A stretch of 64,000 bases of DNA from a virus (Duplodnaviria; Caudoviricetes), in IMG/VR virus record IMGVR_UViG_3300032332_001510, positions 1-64,000 of that record; one strand, 5' to 3'. Shown in pieces: positions 55,268-64,000 of this stretch. The notes below the pieces were generated by a model. The model had not been told where the DNA came from. It searched no databases and was given only the letters and a program-made list of their open reading frames with translations. The stretch's first letter is position 1; every line of letters starts with the position of its first letter. Both the position numbers and the translations under genes were made by a program.

Positions 55268-55746
55268 ACCTGACCCCAACCAGTGCACCTGCAGAGGTAC
55301 TGGAAATTTCACCAGAAGCACTGGAAGTAGCCAACTGTTACTTGCAGTGCCAAGATGCTCGTGCCGTAGCAGATAACCTATGTTTACCAGTTGAGTCGGT
55401 ATCAGGAATCCTTGCCCGCCGCGAGGTCAAAGCCTATATTAACCAGGTATTTTTTGACCTAGGCTTTAACAACCGTTTCAAGATGCGCAGTGCTATGGAC
55501 GCAGTCTTAAAACGCAAGTTTCAGGAAATGGAAGAGGCGGATGTAGGCTCAAACAAAGACATTGCTGAATTGCTAGCATTATCACATAAAATGTCAATGG
55601 AACTACTAGATCGCGAGATTCAACTGGAAAAGCTGCGTGCCGAGCGTGCTGGACCTAAATCGCAAGTAAATGTGCAGATCAATGAAGGCGGAGACGGAAC
55701 TAAATACGGAGCACTTATTTCACGGCTCCTAGGAGACAAACTATAA
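55264..55746 (+). CDS. terS: terminase small subunit (T5-like)
   Basis: Immediately precedes terL; ISPE.LEVAN.YL..., DI.ELL...HKM, QVNVQIN..Y..L..RL. Confidence 0.82.
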   Translation: MNLTPTSAPAEVLEISPEALEVANCYLQCQDARAVADNLCLPVESVSGILARREVKAYINQVFFDLGFNNRFKMRSAMDAVLKRKFQEMEEADVGSNKDIAELLALSHKMSMELLDREIQLEKLRAERAGPKSQVNVQINEGGDGTKYGALISRLLGDKL

Positions 55747-57035
55747 TGCTTAAAGTTTCTAGACCCGATGTAGACTGCGATGAAATCACAGAGTTTCCAC
55801 TTGAAAGCCGTTTTATTAAACTGCCTATTACTAACTACTTGAAGCTGTTAGGTGCTTGGGATTCAATGAATCGTCCACAGATTGCCCTAATCAACGCTAT
55901 TAACGACCCTAAATACCGCTTTGTTTGCGCTGCACTAGCCAGGCGACTAGGCAAAACCTATATCGCTAACATTATTGCACAACTAGTCTCCTTAGTCCCC
56001 AAGTGCAATGTTTTAATCATCTCGCCAAACTATAACTTGAGTTCGATTTCATTTGAGCTGCAACGTAAGTTTATCCGTCACTTTGATCTTGAAGTGGAGC
56101 GAGATAACTTAAAGGATAAAGTTGTAGAGCTGTCAAACGGCAGCACTATACGCATGGGTTCCTTATCGACAGTAGACAGCACAGTTGGCCGCAGTTATCA
56201 AATTATCTTATTTGACGAGGCTGCCCTAGGCAGTGACGGTGAGTCGGCATTTAATGTGCAGCTACGTCCAACTTTGGACAGACCTAATTCAAAAGCCATT
56301 TTTATTTCGACACCCCGCGGCCAACAAAACTGGTTTAGTAAATTTTATCAGCGTGGGTTTAGTGACGACTATCCTGAATGGTGTTCGATTACTGCTGACT
56401 ACACTGAAAACTCGCGTATGGCTGAATCGGATGTGCAGGAAGCACGTCGTAGTATGTCAAAAGCAGAATTTGAACAAGAATACTTAGCCAGCTTTACAGT
56501 GTTTGAGGGTCAAATCTATAATTTTAACCGTGAGGCAAGTATTTGTGAATACCAACACAAAGAAGGTTGTGAGTACATTGCTGGCTGTGATCCCGGCTAT
56601 CGTGATGCTACTGCTTTCGTGGTTATTAGTTATAATCCTGTTAGTGACCAGTTTCATATCGTAGATGAGTATTTGCGGAGTGAGGCTACCACAGACAAGC
56701 ATGCCCAAGCATTTCGCGAGTACTTAGACAAGTGGCAGGTAGAAGTAGTATTTATTGATAGTGCAGCAGCACAATTTGCTGGTGACCTTGCCTATACTTA
56801 CAACATTTCTACTACTAAAGCCAAAAAAGATGTCTTGCCCGGTATTGCCTATGTGCAAACATTAATAGAAACTAATAGGTTAAAAGTAGCACCACATTGC
56901 ATAAATGTCCTAGATGTAATGGACCAGTATCGTTGGGATAATCGTGAAAATACACAGCGTGAGCGCCCAGTACACGATAAATTCTCACACATGGCTGATG
57001 CTATCCGTTATGCACTTTACACATATACTATATAG
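55746..57035 (+). CDS. terL: terminase large subunit
   Basis: ARRLGKT, FDEAA, ISTPRG, GCDPG, SHMADAIRYA. Confidence 0.96.
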   Translation: MLKVSRPDVDCDEITEFPLESRFIKLPITNYLKLLGAWDSMNRPQIALINAINDPKYRFVCAALARRLGKTYIANIIAQLVSLVPKCNVLIISPNYNLSSISFELQRKFIRHFDLEVERDNLKDKVVELSNGSTIRMGSLSTVDSTVGRSYQIILFDEAALGSDGESAFNVQLRPTLDRPNSKAIFISTPRGQQNWFSKFYQRGFSDDYPEWCSITADYTENSRMAESDVQEARRSMSKAEFEQEYLASFTVFEGQIYNFNREASICEYQHKEGCEYIAGCDPGYRDATAFVVISYNPVSDQFHIVDEYLRSEATTDKHAQAFREYLDKWQVEVVFIDSAAAQFAGDLAYTYNISTTKAKKDVLPGIAYVQTLIETNRLKVAPHCINVLDVMDQYRWDNRENTQRERPVHDKFSHMADAIRYALYTYTI

Positions 57036-57114
57036 GTCATAAAAATTTTTACGTTGACTTATTAGTGCTAGTAGTGTACAATGGCTGTATTATAAAAAAT
57101 TATTGAGCTCTGGC

Positions 57115-57555
57115 ATGGAAAAATCACAATACTACCTAGAATTACAGCGTGTTTTTGCTAGTGAGTTTAGCTTTTATCTTAAAACAGCAAACTTTCACTG
57201 GAACGTAGAGGGTCAGCTGTTTTATGAGCTGCACTTAATGTTTGAGCGCATCTACAACGAAGTATTAGAGTCAATTGATACCTATGCTGAAGAGTTACGC
57301 GCACTACAAATTACTACACCAGCCAGCTTAAGTGCTTTTAGTCGATTAACCTATATCAGCGATGAAAATATGCCCGGCGACTGGAAGTCTATGGTACAAG
57401 AGCTGCTAATGGATTCAGATACAATGGCTATGAAGTTTCAGCAACTATTTATGGTTGCTGAAGAATTTGGTGATCACGGATTGTCAAACTTTTTAGCAGA
57501 TCGCCAGGATGCACACAAAAAGCATAGTTGGATGCTACGTGCTAGCCTAAAGTAA
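57115..57555 (+). CDS. dps: Dps / mini-ferritin
   Basis: FHWNVEG..FYELH.MFE.IY, IDTYAEELRAL, KH.WML. Confidence 0.92.
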   Translation: MEKSQYYLELQRVFASEFSFYLKTANFHWNVEGQLFYELHLMFERIYNEVLESIDTYAEELRALQITTPASLSAFSRLTYISDENMPGDWKSMVQELLMDSDTMAMKFQQLFMVAEEFGDHGLSNFLADRQDAHKKHSWMLRASLK

Positions 57556-57987
57556 ATGGCAAAAAACACAAACAAACGCATACCCGTTAAACACGTTAGA
57601 GATAAAGCCAAGTCGGCTTATGAAAAGCAAGATCATTGCTACATCTGCAACACAAGTCAGGACTTGGAATTACATCATTTGCACAGCGTTACCCTACTCT
57701 TAGAAGGCTGGGCTCAACGTATGGGCTATGATATTTCAACTGATGAGGGAATCTTAGCTGTTAGGGACGAGTTTATTAGTAGTCATCATACAGAGTTATA
57801 TGAACAGGTTTACACCCTATGTAATCCGCATCATATAGCGCTTCATGGTGTGTACGGTAAAACTCCCAAGCCTGGCAGCGAATCCAAACAAGCGCGTTGG
57901 ATTGAAATTCAACGCGACAAAGTTGCTGGTAGTGATCGTGCAGTTCCTAAGCAAAGCTATGGAAGTTTCTTTAGCGAATTTTGTTAG
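57556..57987 (+). CDS. HNH nicking endonuclease (T5-like)
   Basis: CYIC...LELHH...TLC..HH..LH. Confidence 0.82.
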   Translation: MAKNTNKRIPVKHVRDKAKSAYEKQDHCYICNTSQDLELHHLHSVTLLLEGWAQRMGYDISTDEGILAVRDEFISSHHTELYEQVYTLCNPHHIALHGVYGKTPKPGSESKQARWIEIQRDKVAGSDRAVPKQSYGSFFSEFC

Positions 57988-57995
57988 GAAAAAAC

Positions 57996-59183
57996 ATGGG
58001 TTTAATTACAGATAGCCTGCAGTGGATTCGCGAAAAGTTGAATCCTGCACAAGTTAGAATTGCACAGGCTGAGGGTACACATATCCCCTCAACCAGCAAA
58101 CTTACTTATCAACTAGCATTCAGAAACTTAGAAGTTGTTAATCGTGCTGTTAACATGGTGGTTAGCGCAGCTAGTTCACTAGATTATGATGTAAAAGATA
58201 AAGTAATGGAAGGCGTTGTTAGTGGTATTAGGCAAAAGCAGCTAGTAACTTTGCTTAATTTTAGACCTAATCCCTATCAAAGCGTACAAGAATTTCGTCA
58301 GGCCATTTTTACTGACCTGATCTTAGAAGGTAACGTATTTATACATTTTGATGGTGCATTTATGTACCACCTACCTGCTCAATATACAGAAATCCTAACA
58401 GATACTAAAACGTTTATACGTGGCTATCGTTATAATGGGTATATTGACTTTGAAGAAAAAGATGTATTTCATTTTCGCGACTTAAGTTCACAGAGTATTT
58501 ATCGCGGCGCTAGCAGATTAGAAAGTGCACAACACAGTATTGACTTGCTGGATTCAATGCATAAATTTCAAACACAGTTTTTTGAAAATGGTGCTACATT
58601 TGGTTTTGTACTTACTAGTGATAATACCTTATCGCAAATTGCTAAAGAAAAAACTATTCAGTACTGGATACAGCGATACAGTACTAAAAGCGGCGGTAAA
58701 CGACCAGTTATTCTTGATAGTGGATTAAAGCCGCACTCAATTAGCAATAATAGTTACAAAGATTTAGATTTTGATCAGGCAGTTAAAACACATAATGACT
58801 TGCTACTACAAGTAATCGGTGTTCCACCTATTCTTTTAGACGGCGGTAATAACGCTAATATTTCACCTAATTTGCGATTGTTTTACTTAGAAACAATTAT
58901 GCCTGTTATCAGAAAATTTATTAGCGCACTAGAACGTTACTATGGATATGACGTAGATGCAATTACTAGTAATGTAAGTGCTCTACAACCAGATTTAAAA
59001 GACATTGCTACATATCACCAAACACTCGTAAATGGTGGAATTATTACACCAAATGAAGCTAGAGTAGAATTGCGATATGCACCTAAAACAGGGTTTGATG
59101 ATTTACGTGTTCCTGCTAATATTGCTGGCAGTGCTGTAAATCCAGCACAAGGTGGTCGCCCACCAACTACTCCTACAGAATAA
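57996..59183 (+). CDS. portal protein (HK97/T5-like)
   Basis: RPNPYQS, GVPPILL, ITPNEAR motifs; synteny. Confidence 0.93.
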   Translation: MGLITDSLQWIREKLNPAQVRIAQAEGTHIPSTSKLTYQLAFRNLEVVNRAVNMVVSAASSLDYDVKDKVMEGVVSGIRQKQLVTLLNFRPNPYQSVQEFRQAIFTDLILEGNVFIHFDGAFMYHLPAQYTEILTDTKTFIRGYRYNGYIDFEEKDVFHFRDLSSQSIYRGASRLESAQHSIDLLDSMHKFQTQFFENGATFGFVLTSDNTLSQIAKEKTIQYWIQRYSTKSGGKRPVILDSGLKPHSISNNSYKDLDFDQAVKTHNDLLLQVIGVPPILLDGGNNANISPNLRLFYLETIMPVIRKFISALERYYGYDVDAITSNVSALQPDLKDIATYHQTLVNGGIITPNEARVELRYAPKTGFDDLRVPANIAGSAVNPAQGGRPPTTPTE

Positions 59184-59195
59184 TCAGGAGAATAT

Positions 59196-61127
59196 ATGGT
59201 AGATAAAAATAAAGTAATTACCCTAACCAGTACATTTACTAAGAGCAATCTACCTACCAAAGACATTAGCATTGATTCGATTATGATTGAAGGTTACGCA
59301 AGTACCATTGATACTGATCGTCAAGGCGATATTGTGCCTAGTACAGTATGGAAAAGTGGTGTGCAAAATTACTTGAAAAATCCAGTAATCTTAGCATATC
59401 ATGATCATAGTGAGCCTATTGGTAGAATGGTAGATCATAGAATTGATGGTAAAGGTTTATGGATTAAAGCACGAATTTCTGCAGCTGCAGGAGAGGTGTT
59501 TAATCTTATCAAAGACGGAGTACTTACTGCGTTTAGTATTGGTTTTCGTATCGCTGATGCGGAATATAATGCAGCCACAGAGCTGTTTGTTGTTAAAGAA
59601 CTGGAACTACATGAGATTTCAGTAGTGTCCGTACCTGCTAATCAAAACACACTATTTAGTTTGTCTAAGTCGTTTAAAACCGACGAAGAAGTTAAGTCTT
59701 TTAAACTGCAATTTGCGCCCAAGTTAGAATCAGCTAAAGGGCTAGAGTCCACAATGGAAGCAAATGGCGACACTACAAAGGAATGGAAAATGGATCCTAA
59801 AGACCTAGAAAAATTGCTTGCCGATACAGCTCGTCAAGCTGCTGTTGAAACAGCAAAAGCTCTTGCTGAACAGCAAGCCCAAGCTGCTGTTGAAAAAGCA
59901 GCACAAGATCGCGCTCAAGCAGAACTTGACGCAAAAATCAAAGCCGCTGTTGCACAGGTGCAAACAGTTGACACAGGTGCAGAGCGTCTACTTGCAGAAG
60001 TTGAAAAGCGTGTTGCTGAACAAGAGCAATCACACAAGTCAGTTATTGCTGGTCTAGAAGCTACACTCAAAGAAAAAGCTGCTGAACTCGAAGCCATTCA
60101 GAAGTCACGTATGCAATTTGCTGCTGATGGTAGCAACAATGCAATGACTTATGCTGAAAAAGAAAAAGCAGTTCTTTTAGCTAAAATGGCTAACAAGGGT
60201 CTTGAGGACACCAAGTTTGGTCGTGGAATGGTTGAAAAGTATGGTGCACATGTACCAAGTGCTACTTGGGAACTAGAAGTTAGCATGAGTATGGAAGCTG
60301 AGGTTCGTCGCCGCCTAGTTGTTGCACCATTATTCCGTCAGATTGCTATGCAAACTAACGTAATGAAGATTCCAGTTAATCCAGAAGCAGGTACAGCTCA
60401 GTGGATTGATAATGCTAATTTTGGTACATCAACAAGTGGCGGTAATAATGCTACTCATGCACTAAAAGAGATTACACTCAGCGCATATAAAATTGCTACC
60501 AACGAGTACACAGCTTATGAAGAAGAGGAAGATAGCCTTATCGCTATTATGCCTGTAATTCGTGATGGCATGATTCGTCGTGTTGCTCGGGGAGTTGACA
60601 AAGGATTCCTACGTGGAGCAGGTGCTACTAGCGGCGATCCTATCAGCGGTCTAGTAACACTAGCTGGTACTTCAGGTCAAGTTGCAAACTCTAGCAGTGG
60701 TGCAGCGTTTACTGTTGCTAACCTACGTAATCTACGTAAGGGCCTTGGAGTTTGGGGCCTTGATCCAGCAGATGTAGTTTATATTGTTGATACAACAACA
60801 TACTACAATCTACTTGAGGATTCAGTATTTCAAACAATGAACCAAGTTGGTCCACAAGCTACATTACTAACTGGTCAGATTGGTCAGATTGGTAATTCAC
60901 CAGTACTAGTTTCTGGTGAGTTTGTAGGAACTGGAGCAAGTGGTAGTATTGCTGGTGTTTGCGTTGCACCAGGTAACTTTATTGTTGGTAATCAGCGCGG
61001 TCTCCGCATTGATACACAAGAACTAGTTGAGACACAGCGTCGCGTTATGGTTGCTAGCTTACGTACAGGCTTTGCACAAGTTACAAGCAACTATGGTTCT
61101 GGCGTTACATCACTCAAGTATACTTGA
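59196..61127 (+). CDS. prohead protease-scaffold-major capsid protein fusion
   Basis: IEGYAST, HDHSEPIG, FSIGF, EISVVSVPAN protease motifs; Ala/Glu/Lys coiled coil; HK97-fold capsid half; single uninterrupted ORF. Confidence 0.92.
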   Translation: MVDKNKVITLTSTFTKSNLPTKDISIDSIMIEGYASTIDTDRQGDIVPSTVWKSGVQNYLKNPVILAYHDHSEPIGRMVDHRIDGKGLWIKARISAAAGEVFNLIKDGVLTAFSIGFRIADAEYNAATELFVVKELELHEISVVSVPANQNTLFSLSKSFKTDEEVKSFKLQFAPKLESAKGLESTMEANGDTTKEWKMDPKDLEKLLADTARQAAVETAKALAEQQAQAAVEKAAQDRAQAELDAKIKAAVAQVQTVDTGAERLLAEVEKRVAEQEQSHKSVIAGLEATLKEKAAELEAIQKSRMQFAADGSNNAMTYAEKEKAVLLAKMANKGLEDTKFGRGMVEKYGAHVPSATWELEVSMSMEAEVRRRLVVAPLFRQIAMQTNVMKIPVNPEAGTAQWIDNANFGTSTSGGNNATHALKEITLSAYKIATNEYTAYEEEEDSLIAIMPVIRDGMIRRVARGVDKGFLRGAGATSGDPISGLVTLAGTSGQVANSSSGAAFTVANLRNLRKGLGVWGLDPADVVYIVDTTTYYNLLEDSVFQTMNQVGPQATLLTGQIGQIGNSPVLVSGEFVGTGASGSIAGVCVAPGNFIVGNQRGLRIDTQELVETQRRVMVASLRTGFAQVTSNYGSGVTSLKYT

Positions 61128-61150
61128 TTTACTAATTTAATATTAGTACT

Positions 61151-61175
61151 GACAGGGCTGAAAAGCCCTGTCTTT
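61151..61175 (+). terminator. terminator after the capsid gene
   Basis: GACAGGGCT-GAAA-AGCCCTGTC-TTTT. Confidence 0.88.
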
Positions 61176-61220
61176 TAAATAAGCTTCTTGGAGTTTATTT
61201 AAAAGACATAGGGGAAATAG

Positions 61221-61817
61221 ATGGCATTAAATTTAATTACTATATCAGAATATAAAACTTATGCCGGAATCAAAAGCAATAATCATGATCAAGAGATTAG
61301 TGTACTTATTCCCCGCGTAAGTCAACTTGTTAAAAATTATTGTGGCAGGACTTTTGTAGATTATGTAGATACCGACAAAGTTGAGTACTTTGATGGTGGA
61401 CATGATAAACTTATTTTATCAGAAAATCCTGTACGTAGTGTCAGTAGTGTAGGCTATAGTATAGATTTTGGTCAAAATTATACCAATTTAACACAATATG
61501 TAGACTGGATCTTAGACAAAGATAATATTCGTAGTTTAAATACTCAGGCTATTACTGGTTTAATTCAAACAAATCGTGGATTTCCAGAAGTTATTCGTGG
61601 TTATAAAGTAGTCTATCGTGCTGGATATGATGATGTACCCACAGACGTAGGTTTAGCAATCATGGATTTACTAACCTATTATCGTAAAAGCGACTTTAGT
61701 ATTCATAGTGCAAAAGCACCTGGTACTAATAGTGTACAGATTGAGTATATCTCAACTACTAATTTACCTGCACATATTAAACGTATATTAGATATGTATA
61801 GGACTGACTATACATGA
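61221..61817 (+). CDS. head completion / head-tail connector
   Basis: LITISEYK.Y..., Y.AGY...P.DV.LA pattern; synteny. Confidence 0.8.
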   Translation: MALNLITISEYKTYAGIKSNNHDQEISVLIPRVSQLVKNYCGRTFVDYVDTDKVEYFDGGHDKLILSENPVRSVSSVGYSIDFGQNYTNLTQYVDWILDKDNIRSLNTQAITGLIQTNRGFPEVIRGYKVVYRAGYDDVPTDVGLAIMDLLTYYRKSDFSIHSAKAPGTNSVQIEYISTTNLPAHIKRILDMYRTDYT

Positions 61818-63457
61818 ACAATCCTTTTCGTAACATTCACTTTAGCAGGCTACTAGACATTGTTAGTGGCAGTGCTTTTGCAAGTGCTACTAATAAAGAA
61901 CAACATTCTGCAATATACAGAGATTTCGATCAGGCAAGATTAACTGATAAAAGATTTCGTGAAATTATAACTGCTAATTTACCAGTATTCTATGTAGTAG
62001 ATGCAGAACTTATTGCTGATGAAATTGTTAATAGTTTAGCCGCAGACCCAAATCGTTTTATTAGTAGTATACGTACTAGTGAAGGGCCAGTAGCTCCTGG
62101 TGAACAAGGTTTTGAAAATTTATTAGTTACTGTTAAAAACTGCAAACAAGATATTCAAAATTTAGTTATATCTACTCTAACCGGAAAATTACCTAAAAAG
62201 TCTTTTAGCGAAGTATATGATGAAATTGAAAAAATATACTTAAAAACCATTAATAGTTTAGCTCAAACTGGTAAAAGCTATCAAACTTATAGAAATGCAG
62301 CTATTCGCATGGGGTTTGATATACGCAGTAAGCTAAACAGTGTAGGAAATTTTATTGCGTCTGATGCTAGTTCTATAATTAATATTGGTTCAAATCAATT
62401 ATTAATAATTGGGCCAACATTTGATGGCGCTACAAGAAAAGTTAATGAAAGTTTATTGGCTCCTATTGAAAATTTATTTGAAACTAAGTATAATATAGTT
62501 GTTACTAAAGCTAATACTGGTTTTAAATTAGGTAATATTATTAATGCAGGACATACTAGTGCGGTAACCTCTTCTGGCACAACTATTGGCGTTAATATGC
62601 CAAGTGCTCAAGAAAAACAATTTTTATTGGCAGGCAATCCAAAAGCATTTGAGATTGAGCAAGAACTAGGTACAATATATGCAGGTATTGAGTACACCAT
62701 AACATTTAGTGAAAAATTTACGCCTAAAGCAGGTAACTTATTAGATATGCAATTTGCATTTGTAGTAAGTATGCCAGCGGCATTAAATACTAAAAGTTTA
62801 AATCAAGCTGAACAGGCTAGAATTAAAGCAGTTATTGCTAATGAAGTCCTACCTGCTTTAGAAGATCAGTTAAAAGCTAAAATGAAAGGTGGTTTAATTG
62901 AGCCACTAAATATTGGAGCAAGCCCCAGCTTTTTAGAATACCTTAACCAAGCAGTTATGGATTCGCTAAATGGAAAAGTTACTCCAACACAGTTAAAAAC
63001 TAGTAATGCTAGTAAAAGCACAAAATTACCGCTTCCAGCTAATTTAGTTTCAAAAACTGCTAGTAAATTAAAAGTTCAAACTAAAAAAGCAAACATAAAA
63101 GTTAAATTAGAGTCAAAAACTAATGTGCCTTTTAGTGTTGCTAATTTACAAGCACTACTAAATGCTCAGCTTGTACAAAAAGTTAAAGAGAATATGGGTA
63201 GCGGTAATCGCAAAGATATTTTAAATTTGCGTACTGGTAGATTTGCTGAAAGTGTAAAAGTAGAAAGAATTAGTGTTAGTCGAGAGGGAATGATTACTGC
63301 TTTTTATAACTATATGCGTAATCCTTATGCTACATTTAGTCAAGGTGGTAGACAACAAAATCCTCATAGCAGGGACCCTAAATTGTTGATAGCTAAATCA
63401 ATCAGAGAAATTGCCCAAGAAAAAACAATTAATCGACTAAGGGCGGTATTAGTATGA
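61814..63457 (+). CDS. tail completion protein with long N-terminal extension
   Basis: C-terminal ~100 aa (RTGRFA.SV, Y.YM..PY..F, RDP..LI..SIREIA) is T5-like; N-terminal ~400 aa unassigned. Confidence 0.7.
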   Translation: MNNPFRNIHFSRLLDIVSGSAFASATNKEQHSAIYRDFDQARLTDKRFREIITANLPVFYVVDAELIADEIVNSLAADPNRFISSIRTSEGPVAPGEQGFENLLVTVKNCKQDIQNLVISTLTGKLPKKSFSEVYDEIEKIYLKTINSLAQTGKSYQTYRNAAIRMGFDIRSKLNSVGNFIASDASSIINIGSNQLLIIGPTFDGATRKVNESLLAPIENLFETKYNIVVTKANTGFKLGNIINAGHTSAVTSSGTTIGVNMPSAQEKQFLLAGNPKAFEIEQELGTIYAGIEYTITFSEKFTPKAGNLLDMQFAFVVSMPAALNTKSLNQAEQARIKAVIANEVLPALEDQLKAKMKGGLIEPLNIGASPSFLEYLNQAVMDSLNGKVTPTQLKTSNASKSTKLPLPANLVSKTASKLKVQTKKANIKVKLESKTNVPFSVANLQALLNAQLVQKVKENMGSGNRKDILNLRTGRFAESVKVERISVSREGMITAFYNYMRNPYATFSQGGRQQNPHSRDPKLLIAKSIREIAQEKTINRLRAVLV

Positions 63458-63891
63458 GTAAACGAACACAAATTGTAAAAGCCCTGACTGCAAAACTTAA
63501 TTTAATTAATGGTAAAAGTCCTTATAGCGTAAATCTTTTTAAAAATGCTTATGCTAAGTTAAAGTTTTGGGATGAAGTAGACGATTTTCCCAGCGTGTAC
63601 TTAACGCCAGGCACAGAATTGCGCGAATATCATCCCAGTGATTTTACTTGGGCATATTTAGGTGTTACTATCAAAGTATATTGTCGCGGTGAATCAAGCA
63701 GTGAGCAACTAGAACTACTATTAACCGATATTGAAAATTGTGTAGACGATAACCGTCAGTTAGTGTACGATATTACTAACAATTATTCCACGACTGAAAT
63801 CTTAGTTCAGTCTATTACTACTGATGAGGGGCTGTTAGCGCCTTATGCAGTTGGAGAAATTAACTTACAAGTGCGATATGCCTTAATGTAA
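63454..63891 (+). CDS. tail terminator protein
   Basis: KFWDEV.DFP, I.TDEGLL.PY..GE; synteny. Confidence 0.8.
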   Translation: MSKRTQIVKALTAKLNLINGKSPYSVNLFKNAYAKLKFWDEVDDFPSVYLTPGTELREYHPSDFTWAYLGVTIKVYCRGESSSEQLELLLTDIENCVDDNRQLVYDITNNYSTTEILVQSITTDEGLLAPYAVGEINLQVRYALM

Positions 63892-63967
63892 GCAACCATG
63901 CTAAAGTGTTACAAACAGATAAATGTCTAGTTTATGCACTTAAGCATTAACAAAAAAGGAAATAGAA

Positions 63968-64000
63968 ATGGCATTTAATTTAATTCGTAATGCTAGAGTA
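63968..64000 (+). CDS. major tail tube protein, 5' end (partial)
   Basis: MAFNLIRNARV after an AAGGA RBS; T5 pb6-like start and position. Confidence 0.6.
   Translation, partial: MAFNLIRNARV

Overview
This 64-kb window comes from a lytic tailed dsDNA phage with T5-like (Demerecviridae-like) gene order, probably infecting a freshwater betaproteobacterium (inferred from the tmRNA tag ANDEVFALAA and a DUF3563-like gene). From left to right it holds: (1) a + strand lysis cassette and phoH (1-2.4 kb); (2) a - strand T5-type replication/recombination block with class II RNR, D15-D10 homologues, family A polymerase, primase, DnaB, D5 and a split NAD ligase (2.4-23.5 kb); (3) a - strand tRNA/accessory region (23.6-37.6 kb) with 5 tRNAs, a circularly permuted two-piece tmRNA next to clpP, a five-gene collagen/fibre-like cassette, rubredoxin, an Aah/TibC-type heptosyltransferase, uvsE and hsp20 with a ROSE-like leader; (4) + strand early genes (37.7-45.4 kb); (5) a putative terminal-repeat/pre-early region (about 45.4-52.4 kb) with a ~560-nt ORF-free structured transcript, a 41-aa peptide ending like the SSB tail, four A2-like paralogues and dispersed palindrome/promoter repeat elements; (6) a PlcP/Agt-like lipid-remodelling gene pair followed by packaging, head and tail-start genes (52.9-64 kb). 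All family assignments come from motif recognition by eye; no database searches or folding programs were run.
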